Positions 51,621-64,000 of a stretch of 64,000 nt of DNA are shown here, piece by piece (position 1 is the stretch's first letter; the number at the start of each line of letters is the position of its first letter). The notes under the pieces were generated by a model, which was not told the DNA's origin, searched no databases, and saw nothing but the letters and a program-made list of their open reading frames with translations. This DNA comes from Octopus vulgaris. Lineage: Eukaryota. Made by a program: the position numbers and the translations under genes. The stretch is from the NCBI GenBank assembly GCA_951406725.2, contig OX597816.1:139872001-139936000 (forward strand). The letters are read 5' to 3'.

Positions 51621-51834
51621 TAGTTTAGGTATGATACAAAGATTGCTATTTTTAGCTAATGCCGTTTCTGTCACTCATAAAAACTGTTTCTTTATTAACT
51701 AATTTTTGTCTCTCCCTTTCATAAAGTTAAAATTTCATAAGGTAATATTTTTCTAAGAATTGACATAAAATAATTCGTTTTCTTCAACAGTAGTGACAAT
51801 GCAGAATTAAATGAATGACAGGAAGGAAGGAAAA

Positions 51835-52189
51835 AGAAAATCGAATTTGACGGAAACTGTGGAAGCTGGTCGTGTGTGGGAGATGTGTTTGTGAGTGCGT
51901 GTGTGCGTGTTTGTGCGTGTGTATGAGTGTGTGTGCGTATGTGTGTGTGAGAGAGAGTGCGTGTGAGAGTATGTGTGGTTGCCTTCCCTCAGTATTTGGC
52001 AACTGGTATTGGTTTACTTCCGTCCTTCTAACTTAGCAGTACGGCAAAAGAGATAAATTGAATATAAGTACCAAACTTTAAAAAAAAATAAATATTGACA
52101 TCAATCTGCTCGACTAAACCCTTCGATGTTCTGAACTAGCATGGCCACAATCCAATCACTGAAATAATTAAAAGGTTGTATGTGTGTGA

Positions 52190-52268
<79 letters not shown>

Positions 52269-52484
52269 TGTGTAATGAAAATGCAGAACATTTTGTATCA
52301 CTTAAAATATATTTAATTTAAATAGAGGAGTGGCTGTGTGGTAAGTAGCTTGCCTACCAACCACATGGTTCCGGGTTCAGTCCCACTGCGTGGCACCTTG
52401 GGCAAGTGTCTTCTACTATAGCCTCGGCCGACCAAAGCCTTGTGAGTGGATTTGGTAGACGGAAACTGAAAGAAGCCCGTCGTA

Positions 52485-52518
<34 letters not shown>

Positions 52519-52614
52519 CGTGTATGTTTGTGTGTCTGTGTCTGTCCCCCCTAGCATTGCTTGACAACCGATGCTGGTGTGTTTATGTCCCCGGCAAAAA
52601 GAGAGTAAAAGAGA
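51835..52614 (+). mobile_element. Old SINE A 3' part (51835-52170) and young SINE A (52325-52614)
   Basis: Family blocks; the second copy has a 3' internal deletion. Confidence 0.8.
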
Positions 52615-52900
52615 ATATACACAGATAGTGTCTCTTAAAGTGTTTCAAGAATAGCCAAGCAGGTGGACCGTGATACTGTGTAAGGATTCCATATGCTGTG
52701 TACTCAAATGTCTGAATATCTAGCTTATGGAAGGAATCCTTACTCAATATCACGATCTACATACTTAGAAATTCTGGAAACTGTTATAAGAGACTTTGTC
52801 CGTTTATCTTCTCTGTCTAAATTGGATGTTTTTCGAGTGATTCTAAATATTTTGCTTTTTCATTTACTGTTTTAACTTTTAATCCATATCCACCTGGTCC

Positions 52901-53318
<418 letters not shown>

Positions 53319-54114
53319 AAAAAATACACACATTAAGAAAATGACATCACCAACGAGTGAAAAATAGTAAACACACAACGAGAGATAAATACGGGACAAA
53401 ATACCAAAAGAAGTCTAACCCCCTCCTCAGTTGTCGACTGTGATATTACTCCCTGTTTCGTGCTTTTAACGACAAGACAGGAAAACTTCATAAGACAGCA
53501 TATACCAGAGGGTTATTCGATCAGAGTTTACCTGGGGCTACACCAAAACCTCAACACCAACGGCAACACGACTTCAATAACAACAACAACAAGGTATCTA
53601 ATACGTGAAATGTAAAGTGCGGTATTCGGCACTTTAATGTGAAGTCTGAAATTTAGTGTTTCTGGAGCTATGAGTTATGAGTTATGAGTTATGGATGGCT
53701 CTACGCATCATCACACCTTGGTGCTCGATCGAACATTGACACATGTCAATCTCTTCCTATATTATGTATATTTATTTATTGATTTGTTTTTCATGTCTGG
53801 CGAATAGTTGCGATCTGTCAACATCTTGTCTGATCTGTTAAGTGGATACCAGACATTAATCCAGCTGCTTATTGAGATAATCAGGATTAATTAGTTAATG
53901 GAGATAAATCAGTGAGAAAATCAAAGTCGTATTTGTCATGATTATCGCTTCAATCGGAGTTAACATGAAAAGCAGCAGCAGCAGCAGCAGTAGCAGCAAC
54001 GACCGAGTTAAATGAAATAGCAAGAACTATAATAACATCAACAATAAAAATAAAGATAATGATGACAGCAGATAACGATTTGGGAATTTACGGTAACCAT
54101 CATATTTACCTGTG

Positions 54115-54270
54115 ATATCATCATCATCATCATCATCGTCGTTGTCGTCGTCACCACCATCATCATCATCATTAATATAATGCATCATCTTTATCGCCTC
54201 AAACTAGCATCATCGTCGTCGTCATAGGTGTAGTCGTCATTGCTGTTGCTGCTACCACTGGTACTGCTGT

Positions 54271-54333
<63 letters not shown>

Positions 54334-54427
54334 CACCACCACCACCACCACCACCACCACCACCACCACCACCACTGCTACTGCTACGACGACGACAACG
54401 ACGTCGACAACCACGACGACGACGACG

Positions 54428-54464
<37 letters not shown>

Positions 54465-54961
54465 TCATCACCAACAACTCTAACGCTGCAGTCATCGTCG
54501 TCTTCATTGTTTTTCTCGTCGTTTTGTCGTTTTCATCATCATCATCGTCATCATCATCATCATTATATATCTTCACCGTTATATACCACCACCAACACCA
54601 CCACCACCACCACCACCACCATCTCTATCATCATCATCATCGTCGTCGTCGTCGTCATCATCATCATCATCAACGTCGTCGTCGTCATCATCATCAATAC
54701 AACAGAATAGGCAGTCAGCACAAAACTTGGTCGCCATCATAACCATCAACCCCATTACTGCCATACTACCACCGCTACCACAGTTACAACTAATACACTA
54801 CTGCCACTTCACCACTACAGAAACCAGCGCATTATCAACCGGCACCACGCCACCAACACCACCTACCTCACCACCACCACCTCACCACCACCGTCACCAC
54901 TACTACTATCACCACCACCACCACCACTACCACGGCGATCACCACCATCACCACCACCGCT

Positions 54962-54992
<31 letters not shown>

Positions 54993-55100
54993 CCACCACC
55001 ACCATAAACCATCATCGTCACCGCCACCACCACCACCACCACCACCACTATCACCACTACAACCATCATCATCATCATCATCACCACCACCACCACCACT
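54115..55100. repeat. Compound trinucleotide mosaic (CTA/CCA/CGA/CAT)
   Basis: Seen directly. Confidence 0.95.
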
Positions 55101-55550
55101 AAATTTGTTACAAGGTCAAGATTTGAAGAAGAAAGGGCATTGAACGCAGTACTTGACCAATACTTTACTTAATCGACCCCGAAAGTATGAAAGGCAAAAT
55201 TAACCTCGGCGGAGTTTTTACTCAGAACATAAAAGACCCGGAAGAGAATGAGGCTATACATTTTGTCCGACGTGCTAACGATTCTGTCAGCTCGATCGCA
55301 ACAACTCTAACAACAATAATAAGCCAATCAGAGTACTTTGACGTACTTGCTAGATCTGCAAGAACTAGCAATTAAATCTGCTCCTAAATTACCCCTGGCT
55401 ATCTTAGGAAAGGAAGGCATTGCATAAGGTAGTGCTACATAACGCGATAAAGACATGATGGTCACGGCTGGTATATCTTTGGTAACGAAATACCTGATCG
55501 TAGTTGACCTGGGGTTAAGCAACAACAGCAGCAAAAGCAATAACAGATAC

Positions 55551-56165
55551 GCGGCGAGCTGGCAGAAATGTTAGCACGCCGGGCGAGATGCTGAGCGGTG
55601 ATTTGTCTGCCGTTACGTTCTGAGTTCAAATTCCGCCGAGGTCGACTTTGCCTTTCATCCTTTCGGGGTCGATTAAATAAGTACCAGTTACGCACTGGGA
55701 TCGATATAATCGACTTAATCCGTTTTTCTGTCCTTGTTTATCCTCTCTGTGTTTAGCTCCTTGTGGGTAGTAAAGAAATAGGTATTTCGTCTGTCTCTAT
55801 GTTCTGAGTTCAAATTCCGCCGAGGTCGACTTTACCTTTCATCCTTTCGGGGTCGATAAATTAAGTACCAGTTACGCACTGGGGTCGATGTAATCGACTT
55901 AATCCCTTTGTCTGTCCTTGTTTGTCCCCTCTATGCTTAGCCTCTTGTGGGCAATAAAGAAATAAGATACGTTAGCACGCCGTGCGAAATGCTTAGCTAT
56001 ATTTCGCCTGTCTTTACGTTCTGAGTTCAAATTACGACGAGGTTGACATTGCCTTTCATCCTTGAGGTGTCGATAGCTTAAGTACCAGTTAGTGACTGGG
56101 ATCGATCTAACCGACTGGCCCTCTTCCACCAAATTTCGGGCCTTGTGTCTAGAGGAGAAAAGAAT
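55551..56165 (+). mobile_element. Tandem/nested array of SINE B (3 units)
   Basis: gcggcgagctggcagaaatgttagcacgccgg head; units joined at aaagaaata|ggtatttcg and aaagaaata|agatacg. Confidence 0.9.
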
Positions 56166-56583
56166 CTACTCATCACCATTGTCACTACTTCTACCCCCTT
56201 GCCTCCAAACAAAGATAAGTGCTTCACTCTATAAATAAAAACTGATTGATTCTTAATTTTTTTTCTGGAAATTGTCTCCAACTGTTCTTTGAGAGCGCTA
56301 CTAGCAATTACCGTTGGGCTTTTGTTTCATTTCTTCAACAACGAGGGACATTTCAATAAATAAAAAAAATTCTTTGCGTACACTATTCTGTATTGGCGGA
56401 ATCGTTAGTGTGTCAGACAAAATCCGTTGCGTTATTTGTTCCAACTCTTTATGTTCTAAGTTCAAATTTCACCGAGGTCGAGAAAATAAAATGGAACAAT
56501 AACAACTAGGACACCATCACAACCACCACAATTAACGAAATTCTTTTAACAAAAAAGATACATTGAATGATATGATTTCAGTT

Positions 56584-56991
56584 AGGAGTGGCTGTGTGGT
56601 AAGTAGCTTGCTTACCAACCATATGGTTCCGGCTTCAGTCCCACTGCGTGGCATCTTGGGCGAGTGTCTTCTACTATAGCCTCGGGCCGACCAAAGCCTT
56701 GTGAGTGGATTTGGTAGACGGAAACTGAAAGAAGCCCGTTGTATATATGTATATATATGTATGTGTGTGTATGTTTGTGTGTCTGTGTTTGTCCCCCTAG
56801 CATTGCTTGACAACCGATGCTGGTGTGTTTACGTCGCCGTCAACTAGCGGTTCGGCAAAAGAGACCGATAGAATAAGTACTGGACTTACAAAGAATAAGT
56901 CCCGGGGTCGATTTGCTCGACTAAAGGCGGTGCTCCAGCATGGCCGCAGTCAAATGACTGAAACAAGTAAAAGAGTAAAAGAGTAAAAGAG
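56584..56991 (+). mobile_element. SINE A, full length, young
   Basis: A box tggctgtgtgg, B-box-like ggcttcagtccc, (gagtaaaa)n tail. Confidence 0.92.
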
Positions 56992-57186
56992 ATATCTATC
57001 AGAAGACCAAAAAAAAAAACAAACAAACAAACACAAGATGCCCTGGGTAGAATGCCTTCTGATCATAGATGTCTTTGGTTAGAGATGACGTGGAGCAAAA
57101 CAACAAAACAACCACAGCAAAATCACTAGATCACTCACTGCCATCACTACCACAACCACCATTATTACCATCATCACTATAGCCAC

Positions 57187-57388
57187 GGATCGTGTTAAAT
57201 TTCTTCCAACCATTAAAGTATTTCAAATTTTCGCCAGATTATTTCTTTTAAATTACAGTTTTGCATGCTGATGACAAAAATTGCATGCTTTTTCTAGAAA
57301 TTAATAAAAAATAAGTGTTGAGAGTTGAATAAAATCTGGTGCAAAATTGTACTACTTCAAGTGGTTGCAAGAACTTTAACAAGATTCC
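57187..57388. mobile_element. Old GGATC-ended MITE with about 55-60-bp imperfect TIRs
   Basis: ggatcgtgttaaatttcttccaacca...ccagatt versus aatctgg...tggttgcaagaactttaacaagattcc. No clear TSD. Confidence 0.65.
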
Positions 57389-57908
57389 AACCAGCTTCAC
57401 TATCACCATCTCCACCACACCATCAACGCCACTATTAATACTTTAGGCTCTGCTACCACCACCATAAATACCATCACCAATATTATCATCATCACCACAG
57501 ACTCCACCACCATCATCACCATCATTACCACGACCATCGCAACAACTATTCACACCACCATCACCGCTCTTGCCGTCTCCACCACCATCACAACCACCTG
57601 TACAACTGTAACAATGTTAACATAAGCCACATACAAGATATGCGCAAATATAAGGGGGTGAGCCGGTACATTCTAATACTCATTTTATTATTGTAATTGA
57701 CTAATCTCTCTTAGTCGGATTAATCCATTTCACTTGAAATGCCTGTTATTGAAACGAGGATGCTGTCAACTTAATCATATATATACACTCATCTATTAAG
57801 CTTACTGCTCGTTACTACTGTAGCAGTATCAGTAGCAGCAACAGCAACACCACCACCACCACCACTACCACCACAACCAACCACAACAACAACAATGCCA
57901 GCAATATA

Positions 57909-58140
57909 TATTTCTTTATTGCCCACAAGGGGCTAAACATAGAGGGGACAAACAAGGACAGACGAAGGGTTTAAGTCGATTACATCGACCTCAGTGCGAA
58001 ACTGGTACTTTATTTATCGACCCCAAAAGGATGAAAGGCAAAGTTTACCTCGGCGGAATTTGAACTCAGAACGTAACGACAGACGAAATACCGCTAAGCA
58101 TTTCACCCAGTGTGCTAACGTGTCTGCCAGCTCGCCGCCC
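57909..58140 (-). mobile_element. SINE B, full length, with 15-bp TSD
   Basis: TSD aatgccagcaatata at 57894-57908 and 58144-58158. Confidence 0.92.
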
Positions 58141-58410
58141 TAGAATGCCAGCAATATAAGTAAAAACTACCACATCGATAGGTACGGCAACATCAATATC
58201 TGCAACATTGACATCAACAGCAGTGAGAAAATAACAACTTGTCACTCAACCTGCAAGAAATTGCAGTCAAGACTCCCTCAAATGACATTTTGCTTTCTTC
58301 GAAAAAGATGTATGCACGATTTTGATAATGTAGATTTATATGAACTACACCTTACAAAAAAAAAAAAAAAAATGGGCTGAACACGCGTTGAAAGCCTTTG
58401 ATTATATGTA

Positions 58411-58611
58411 CGAAGGGGTGCTGTAAAGTTCCTGGCTTTAAAGGTGTCGCGAAAGGCCTGGTTTGACGCCCAACCTTCCGAGTTCTTTTAGAAGAGGACC
58501 ACTGCAAAAAGTGTGTGAATCTGAGAAGGCGATATGTTGAGTAAAATCATAATTAACTGATCCAACTGTATTTTCTTTGACGCAAGGCCAGAATGTTTCA
58601 GCTCCCACTCG
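58411..58611. mobile_element. Mariner-derived MITE
   Basis: TA|cgaaggggtgctgtaaagttcctggc ... gccagaatgtttcagctcccactcg. Internal KKCVNLRRRYVE* resembles a mariner C-terminus. Confidence 0.65.
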
Positions 58612-58830
58612 TGTATGTTGAATCAGACTGACATGATCTTAAACGTCAACAGTAATTTGTTTGTATTTTGTTTTTGTTTTCATCTTATTGTCATGAGGTA
58701 AGGCAGTGCCCAAGAACCTTAGACTGCATCCAGTCGTGAGATACGTGAACGAGGTATGACCAAATGGTTAAAAAATTTGCCTTGACATCATGAGGTACCG
58801 GCATCAACCCGACTGTATGGTATCTTATAA

Positions 58831-59061
58831 GGCGGCGAGCTGGCAGAAACGTTAGCACGCCGGGCGAAATGCGAAGCCGTATTTCGTCTCCCGTTACGTT
58901 CTGAGTTCAAATTCCGCCGAGGTCGACTTTGCCTTTCATCCTTTCGGGGTCGATTAAATAAGTACCAGTTACGCACTGGGGTCGATGTAATCGACTTAAT
59001 CCGTGTGTCTGTCCTTGTGTGTCCCCTCTGTGTTTAGCCCCTTGTGGGTAGTAAAGAAATA
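58831..59061 (+). mobile_element. SINE B, full length, with 14-bp TSD
   Basis: TSD tgtatggtatctta at 58814-58827 and 59062-59075. Confidence 0.93.
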
Positions 59062-59384
59062 TGTATGGTATCTTAAACCAGAGTCTTTCTCCAGCACGGG
59101 CCTTGCAAGTGTACATTGGGTTGATGGGAACTATGCGTAATCCTATCAAGTGAACTACAGGCCTGTACCTCTCTAACTTAAAGGTTCTATCATGTCACAG
59201 ACACAGTTTCACAGTCTACCTAAGACTGCACGTTTGTAAGTGATATTAAGAGTACACGACTGTAAATATTCAGTCACGCGCTAATTCATTGAGCAAATAA
59301 TTCAGCTGATCAAAGAGCACTCAACGCCAAAGTCAACTATATATTTTTACTTTTTATTGACTGATTCTGTAAGGTCTACTATAT

Positions 59385-59595
59385 TGATTTCAAATTTTGG
59401 CACGAGGCCAGCAAGTTCAAGGGCAGGTTTAAGTCGATTACATCGATCTCAGTACTCAACTGGTACTTATTTTATCGACCCCGAAAGGAATGCAAGGACA
59501 AGTCGACCTCGGCAGAATTTGAACTCAAAACGTAATGACAGACGAAATGCCGCGAAGCATTTTACCCGGCGTGCTTTCTACCAGCTCGCCCCCCT
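59385..59595 (-). mobile_element. SINE B, older subfamily
   Basis: Family core and head present. Confidence 0.8.
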
Positions 59596-60513
59596 TATGG
59601 AATATCTACTATATAAACGTCTTACTAATACTGTAACATGATGTCCTTGGTGTATCGCTTACTTAAAAAGAAAGGCAGTGACCATAACTCTTTACAGCAT
59701 ATCTAAAAATCCTCAAACTGGAGGTACTCAAGGATATAAAACAGACGACAGATTATGCCTACCATCCAAAGATTCAGTACGCAAAGGACCAAAACAAATG
59801 TTACAAGGTATCCATTTCGACGCTTTAATAGTACCGCCTGTCTATAGCCTGAGACTGGTATTTTATCTGGTGACCTTAGGAGGATGAAAGAAAGTTAGCT
59901 TTATTGTATATAATCCGATTCAATAATGTTCAGTAGCTGTTACAGACTTTAGCAGTAACAGCACAACGTAATAGTCGTGTCGGCTGTCTTTTGTTTATAA
60001 TAGTCTTACGCTTTTTCATTGGTCAATTTTACTGTTCATATACCGATTCTAGCCTCCGTGAAGATGTTCTTTTTAATGGGGAAAGGCGTCTAGAATCGGG
60101 TTTACGGCAGTTATTTAAACCCAGATTTTGGGGATATTATTTAGCGACACTTCGTTACCGCACGGGACCTTGTCGCTCATTTCTGCATTGCTATTTTGCA
60201 TTGTTCATTCTTCATGACCTTATGGCATGCTATTCTCACCCTGTTAGTGTAGTTTAAAGAACTGGCTAAGTAAATTTATCTTGTCATCATTCTCGCAACA
60301 GATGCCTCTTTAAAATGTTTACTTCATATATATGTACAACAAAATTTTCTATCATGATTATTCCGTGATGAATACACTATTTATATGTTTACTACTTTCT
60401 ATAAATAAACGATTTGTGTTAAATTCAGTCCGTTCTTCTTTTTTGTATAATGTGTACGAACTCTCATCGTATGTTTATAAGGAAAAATGGGATCTATGGA
60501 ATAGTACTAAACG

Positions 60514-61528
60514 GGATCTATTCAGTTTCAATCACGGGTTTTTTTAACAAATTTGCTTTTAGCTAAACAGTTTAAAACTTCGAATACTGGTAGAATTTCT
60601 CACGTAGAGCACGGTTTATTCCGAACGTTTTTGACAAAATTTCCCATATTAGAAGTTATTTCGTGTTAAAGTTGTCGTATTTGGGTAATTTCAACCAATC
60701 AACGACGTGTATTCGGTTGAAGAAAGCTACTCCTGCTTGCGATAGTAATCGAAGAGGAACAACTTCCGGGTTATCTCTACTAAATATCACCATTCTGATC
60801 TATTCGTATGGCGAGCGAAGACGATGCTACCTTTATCTTTTCTTCCTTTCCAGTAAGCACCGTGTATTCCTTACTTTTTCTCTCCCTTCTACACTTTCAA
60901 CTAGCAGCCAGCGAGCGAACTTGTCACTGCCACTACGATTACGGTATTTCCAGGTGTAAAAGCCGCTATTTGTTTTGTTTTACCTTCATGTTTTGATAAT
61001 GTTATTATTTTTTTTTTATCTAATAAAGACTTTTATATTGAAGAAATGTCTTTGATGTTAATTATGGTAAGATAAAATCATGGCAATAACAATACATCTC
61101 ATAGTTGTAAAATAAGGCATTTTGAAACTACATATACGTCAACAGCAGAAAAAGTTAGTTGCGGATTAGTTGCTCGATAGGTCTTTTAAACACCGATGTC
61201 GAACAAACAAATAAATATATGTAAATAATATTTCTTCCTTCTGGTGTTGATGCTTTGAACAGAGTGGTGATATTTAGTAGAAATGACCCGGAAGTTGTTC
61301 CTGTTTGAGTACTATTGAGCTTTCTTCAACCGAATACACGTCGTTGATTGGTTGAAATTACACAAATACGACAAATTTAACACAAAATAACTTCTAAAAT
61401 AGGAAATTTTGTCAAAAACGTTCAGAGTAAACCGTGTTCTATGTGAGAAATTCTACCAGTATTCGAAGTTTCAAACTGTTTAGTTAAAAAGATTAATTAA
61501 AAATCTGTGATTGAAACTGAATAGATCC
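60514..61528. mobile_element. Foldback-type non-autonomous DNA transposon with about 270-285-bp TIRs (GGATCT...AGATCC)
   Basis: 60514-60800 is the imperfect reverse complement of 61257-61528, with a spacer of about 455 bp. TSD not clear. Confidence 0.88.
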
Positions 61529-62234
61529 GAAAAGAATTAGTTTAAGATTAATTTGCATGCACCCCTACGGAGATATAGTCTCAAGCCTTTGTCAACATGA
61601 GAAAATACAGTCAACCCAGTATGATGAAACTAAATAACATTTCCAGAACAAACCTGACTTCTTAAATTTACTTCCACTGATATTTTCATCTTGCTATCGA
61701 ACACACTTTCTTATCCTATTTAAACCGTGCTAGTGAAATGTTGGTTTTCTTCAACATACATGCCAAACACTGCTAAGAGTTTATATTATATATATGCGTT
61801 CTGCATACACCTCCAAACGCCTTCTCGCAACTAAGTCATTGAGACACAGCGACGTTTACCTATAGGTATATACATTATATGTATATATAATTATACTCAA
61901 ATCTATATGAACGATCATAACCTGTAACCTGTCAAAACGCAGCCAAACCTAATGTTTATAACTGATGACATATATACCTACAACAGTAAGCAGTTATAGT
62001 TGGTGGCAACCAGAAATTCAGAGAGCGGTTATAGTTCTATTAACACTGTAAGGCATGTTTCAGTGATGTCTTACCAACATCACGTGAGAGCATAACTGCC
62101 AATGTCAAGACAGCAATGAGCGAGAGTTTCAATTTATTGGGTTGTAAAAGTATTGACTTGTAATTTTGGCACAAATATTATGTTGAGCAGACATGTAATC
62201 GTCTTTTATTCATTTCTAACATACTTTCTTGGAA

Positions 62235-62450
62235 TATTAGTTTTGAATTTTAGCACAATGTCAGCAATTTTTGGGAGGGGTTATGTCAATTATATTGATC
62301 CCAGTGTTTAACTAGTACTTATTTTATCGACTTCAAAAGGATGAAAGGCAAAGTCGACCACGGCGTAATTTGAACTCAGAACGTAAAGACGGACGAAATG
62401 CCGCAAAGCATTTTTCCCGGCGTGCTAACGATCCTGCCAGCTCGTCGCCT
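62235..62450 (-). mobile_element. SINE B, older subfamily
   Basis: gaaaggcaaagtcgac...tttgaactcagaacgtaaagacggacgaaatgccg...gccagctcg. Confidence 0.85.
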
Positions 62451-63184
62451 TAGTTTCTAGGAATACTTCAGTTCTAGATAGGTACTTTATTCTAATTTAC
62501 CTCGAAAGGTTAAAACGCAAATTTCACCTAAGCAGGATTGGATCTGGAAACGTAAAAATATTTTTAAAATATTAAAAAATATAAAAATATTTAAAAAAAA
62601 CAGCTTGACTCTCCAAAAATTCTACCAAACCACTTCCGAATCGACACCAGTACAGTAAGCTTTACATATTATGCTGACTCTGGAGAGCTCAAAGTCGTAC
62701 TACTTAAGTCTTGAGTAGATTCTGACATAGTAAATAAAGGGACGCAACTCAATATCGTTTCTGATCACCTACCCAGGTGTCAGATGTCGGTGAAGTGAAG
62801 CCAAGTCTCTAAGGTTAAAAACGTATGTGATAGCGATGATTGTCAGAAACGGAGGTTCAATATAAGATTGAGCTGTAAAATAATGTTTTATAGTTGGTCT
62901 TTTATCAACCACACAATATGTTTTATTTCCTTGGGGCGTTTCATTGAATTTTATGTCAAGAGTTTGTCATTGAACTGAGCGAAGAGAATGGAAGCGAGAT
63001 GTAAAAGGACTGTAATTGAATTAGATCGCACTTTGTGAGCATATGGTTGTGTGTTTGTAGCTTTGTAATTTGTACATGTATGCATGTGAGAGAAACTATA
63101 ATTTTTACCTATATACATACATATACACATATAACATCATTCAGACATGTGCATATTCATGCACAAAACACGCATTCACCCGCT

Positions 63185-63212
63185 CTCTCTTTCTCTCTGT
63201 CTGTCGTCTGTG

Positions 63213-63278
<66 letters not shown>

Positions 63279-63367
63279 ACATAGACTCACATGTACATAC
63301 ACGTACAACATACATAGAAAAAAGAGATATAGGCTGGTATATATATATATATGTTTCTCTTTCTCTT

Positions 63368-63419
<52 letters not shown>

Positions 63420-63426
63420 TATATAC

Positions 63427-63482
<56 letters not shown>

Positions 63483-63545
63483 GCATATATATATTTAAAT
63501 ACTCACACACGCACAAATACATAGAACATATATAGATATATATAC

Positions 63546-63590
<45 letters not shown>
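63185..63590. repeat. (CT)n/(CA)n/(TA)n microsatellite cluster
   Basis: Seen directly. Confidence 0.9.
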
Positions 63591-63591
<1 letters not shown>

Positions 63592-64000
63592 TATGCATCA
63601 ATAAGCTGACGTATCTTTTGTGCATGAGAACAAAACTGATATTTTTTGTGTTATTTTCATAGAAAAAAAAAAAAAGAAAACGGAAAGAAAAAGACGTCGA
63701 CGAGGGAAAAGATGACGAACAAGCATACAAAGAGTAGGCTCTCCGTGAAAATATTATTATTGCCAGGCTATAAAACATCGTTGCTTCAGGCCAATATAGC
63801 CATGACACTTTAAAGCTACATCTACATCTGTGTTAGTACTATATCATTCTTTTATTCAACTATTCCATCTCCGACTTTATGTGACAAGGCCTTCTATTCA
63901 TGTTAAACAGCAGCGGTTAAAAAGGTTATATTTAGAATGTTATATTGCCGACAGCTAATGGTTGGAACAGGTTTTTGGTCCAAAGGAGAATTCTGTAACC

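Noticed and set aside
54199-55143. Poly-H/P/V/L ORFs resembling low-complexity transcription-factor regions
   Set aside because: Trinucleotide mosaics open in several frames on both strands, with no domain or splice evidence.
56584-56655. tRNA-like A/B boxes suggesting tRNA genes
   Set aside because: No complete cloverleaf, and they are always attached to the SINE body, so they are SINE heads.

Overview
AT-rich, repeat-saturated eukaryotic DNA with no supportable host protein-coding exon; it is probably intronic or intergenic. The tRNA-headed SINE families and the heavy (TA)n/(CA)n/(GATA)n/(CATA)n load match what I recognise from octopus (coleoid cephalopod) genomes, but this is an inference. 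Most of the supplied ORFs are microsatellite translation artefacts. Real coding remnants are all transposon-derived: an L1/Tx1-clade LINE (11657-14547, -) fused head-to-head to an R4/Dong-clade RLE LINE (14548-17220, +), a decayed near-full-length hAT element with TIRs and TSD (20251-22779), two mariners, and CR1/L2, RTE, Penelope-like, pogo/Tigger and hAT fragments. There are also many MITEs (hAT/Buster, Tigger, mariner, and a GGATC-ended family with one 8-bp TSD), Helitron-like ends and at least four SINE families. The most interesting signals are: (i) minimal hammerhead-ribozyme modules in short Penelope/retrozyme-like repeats, including a 151-bp palindrome made of two back-to-back hammerhead-like cores; (ii) a SINE-LINE 3' stem-loop with compensatory changes; (iii) a SINE whose 3' junctions fall on a GTATT-like motif that also occurs in its own head, which would explain self-nested arrays; (iv) the spacerless junction of two unrelated LINEs; (v) a local templated insertion. 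Coordinates were read by eye and can be off by a few bases.
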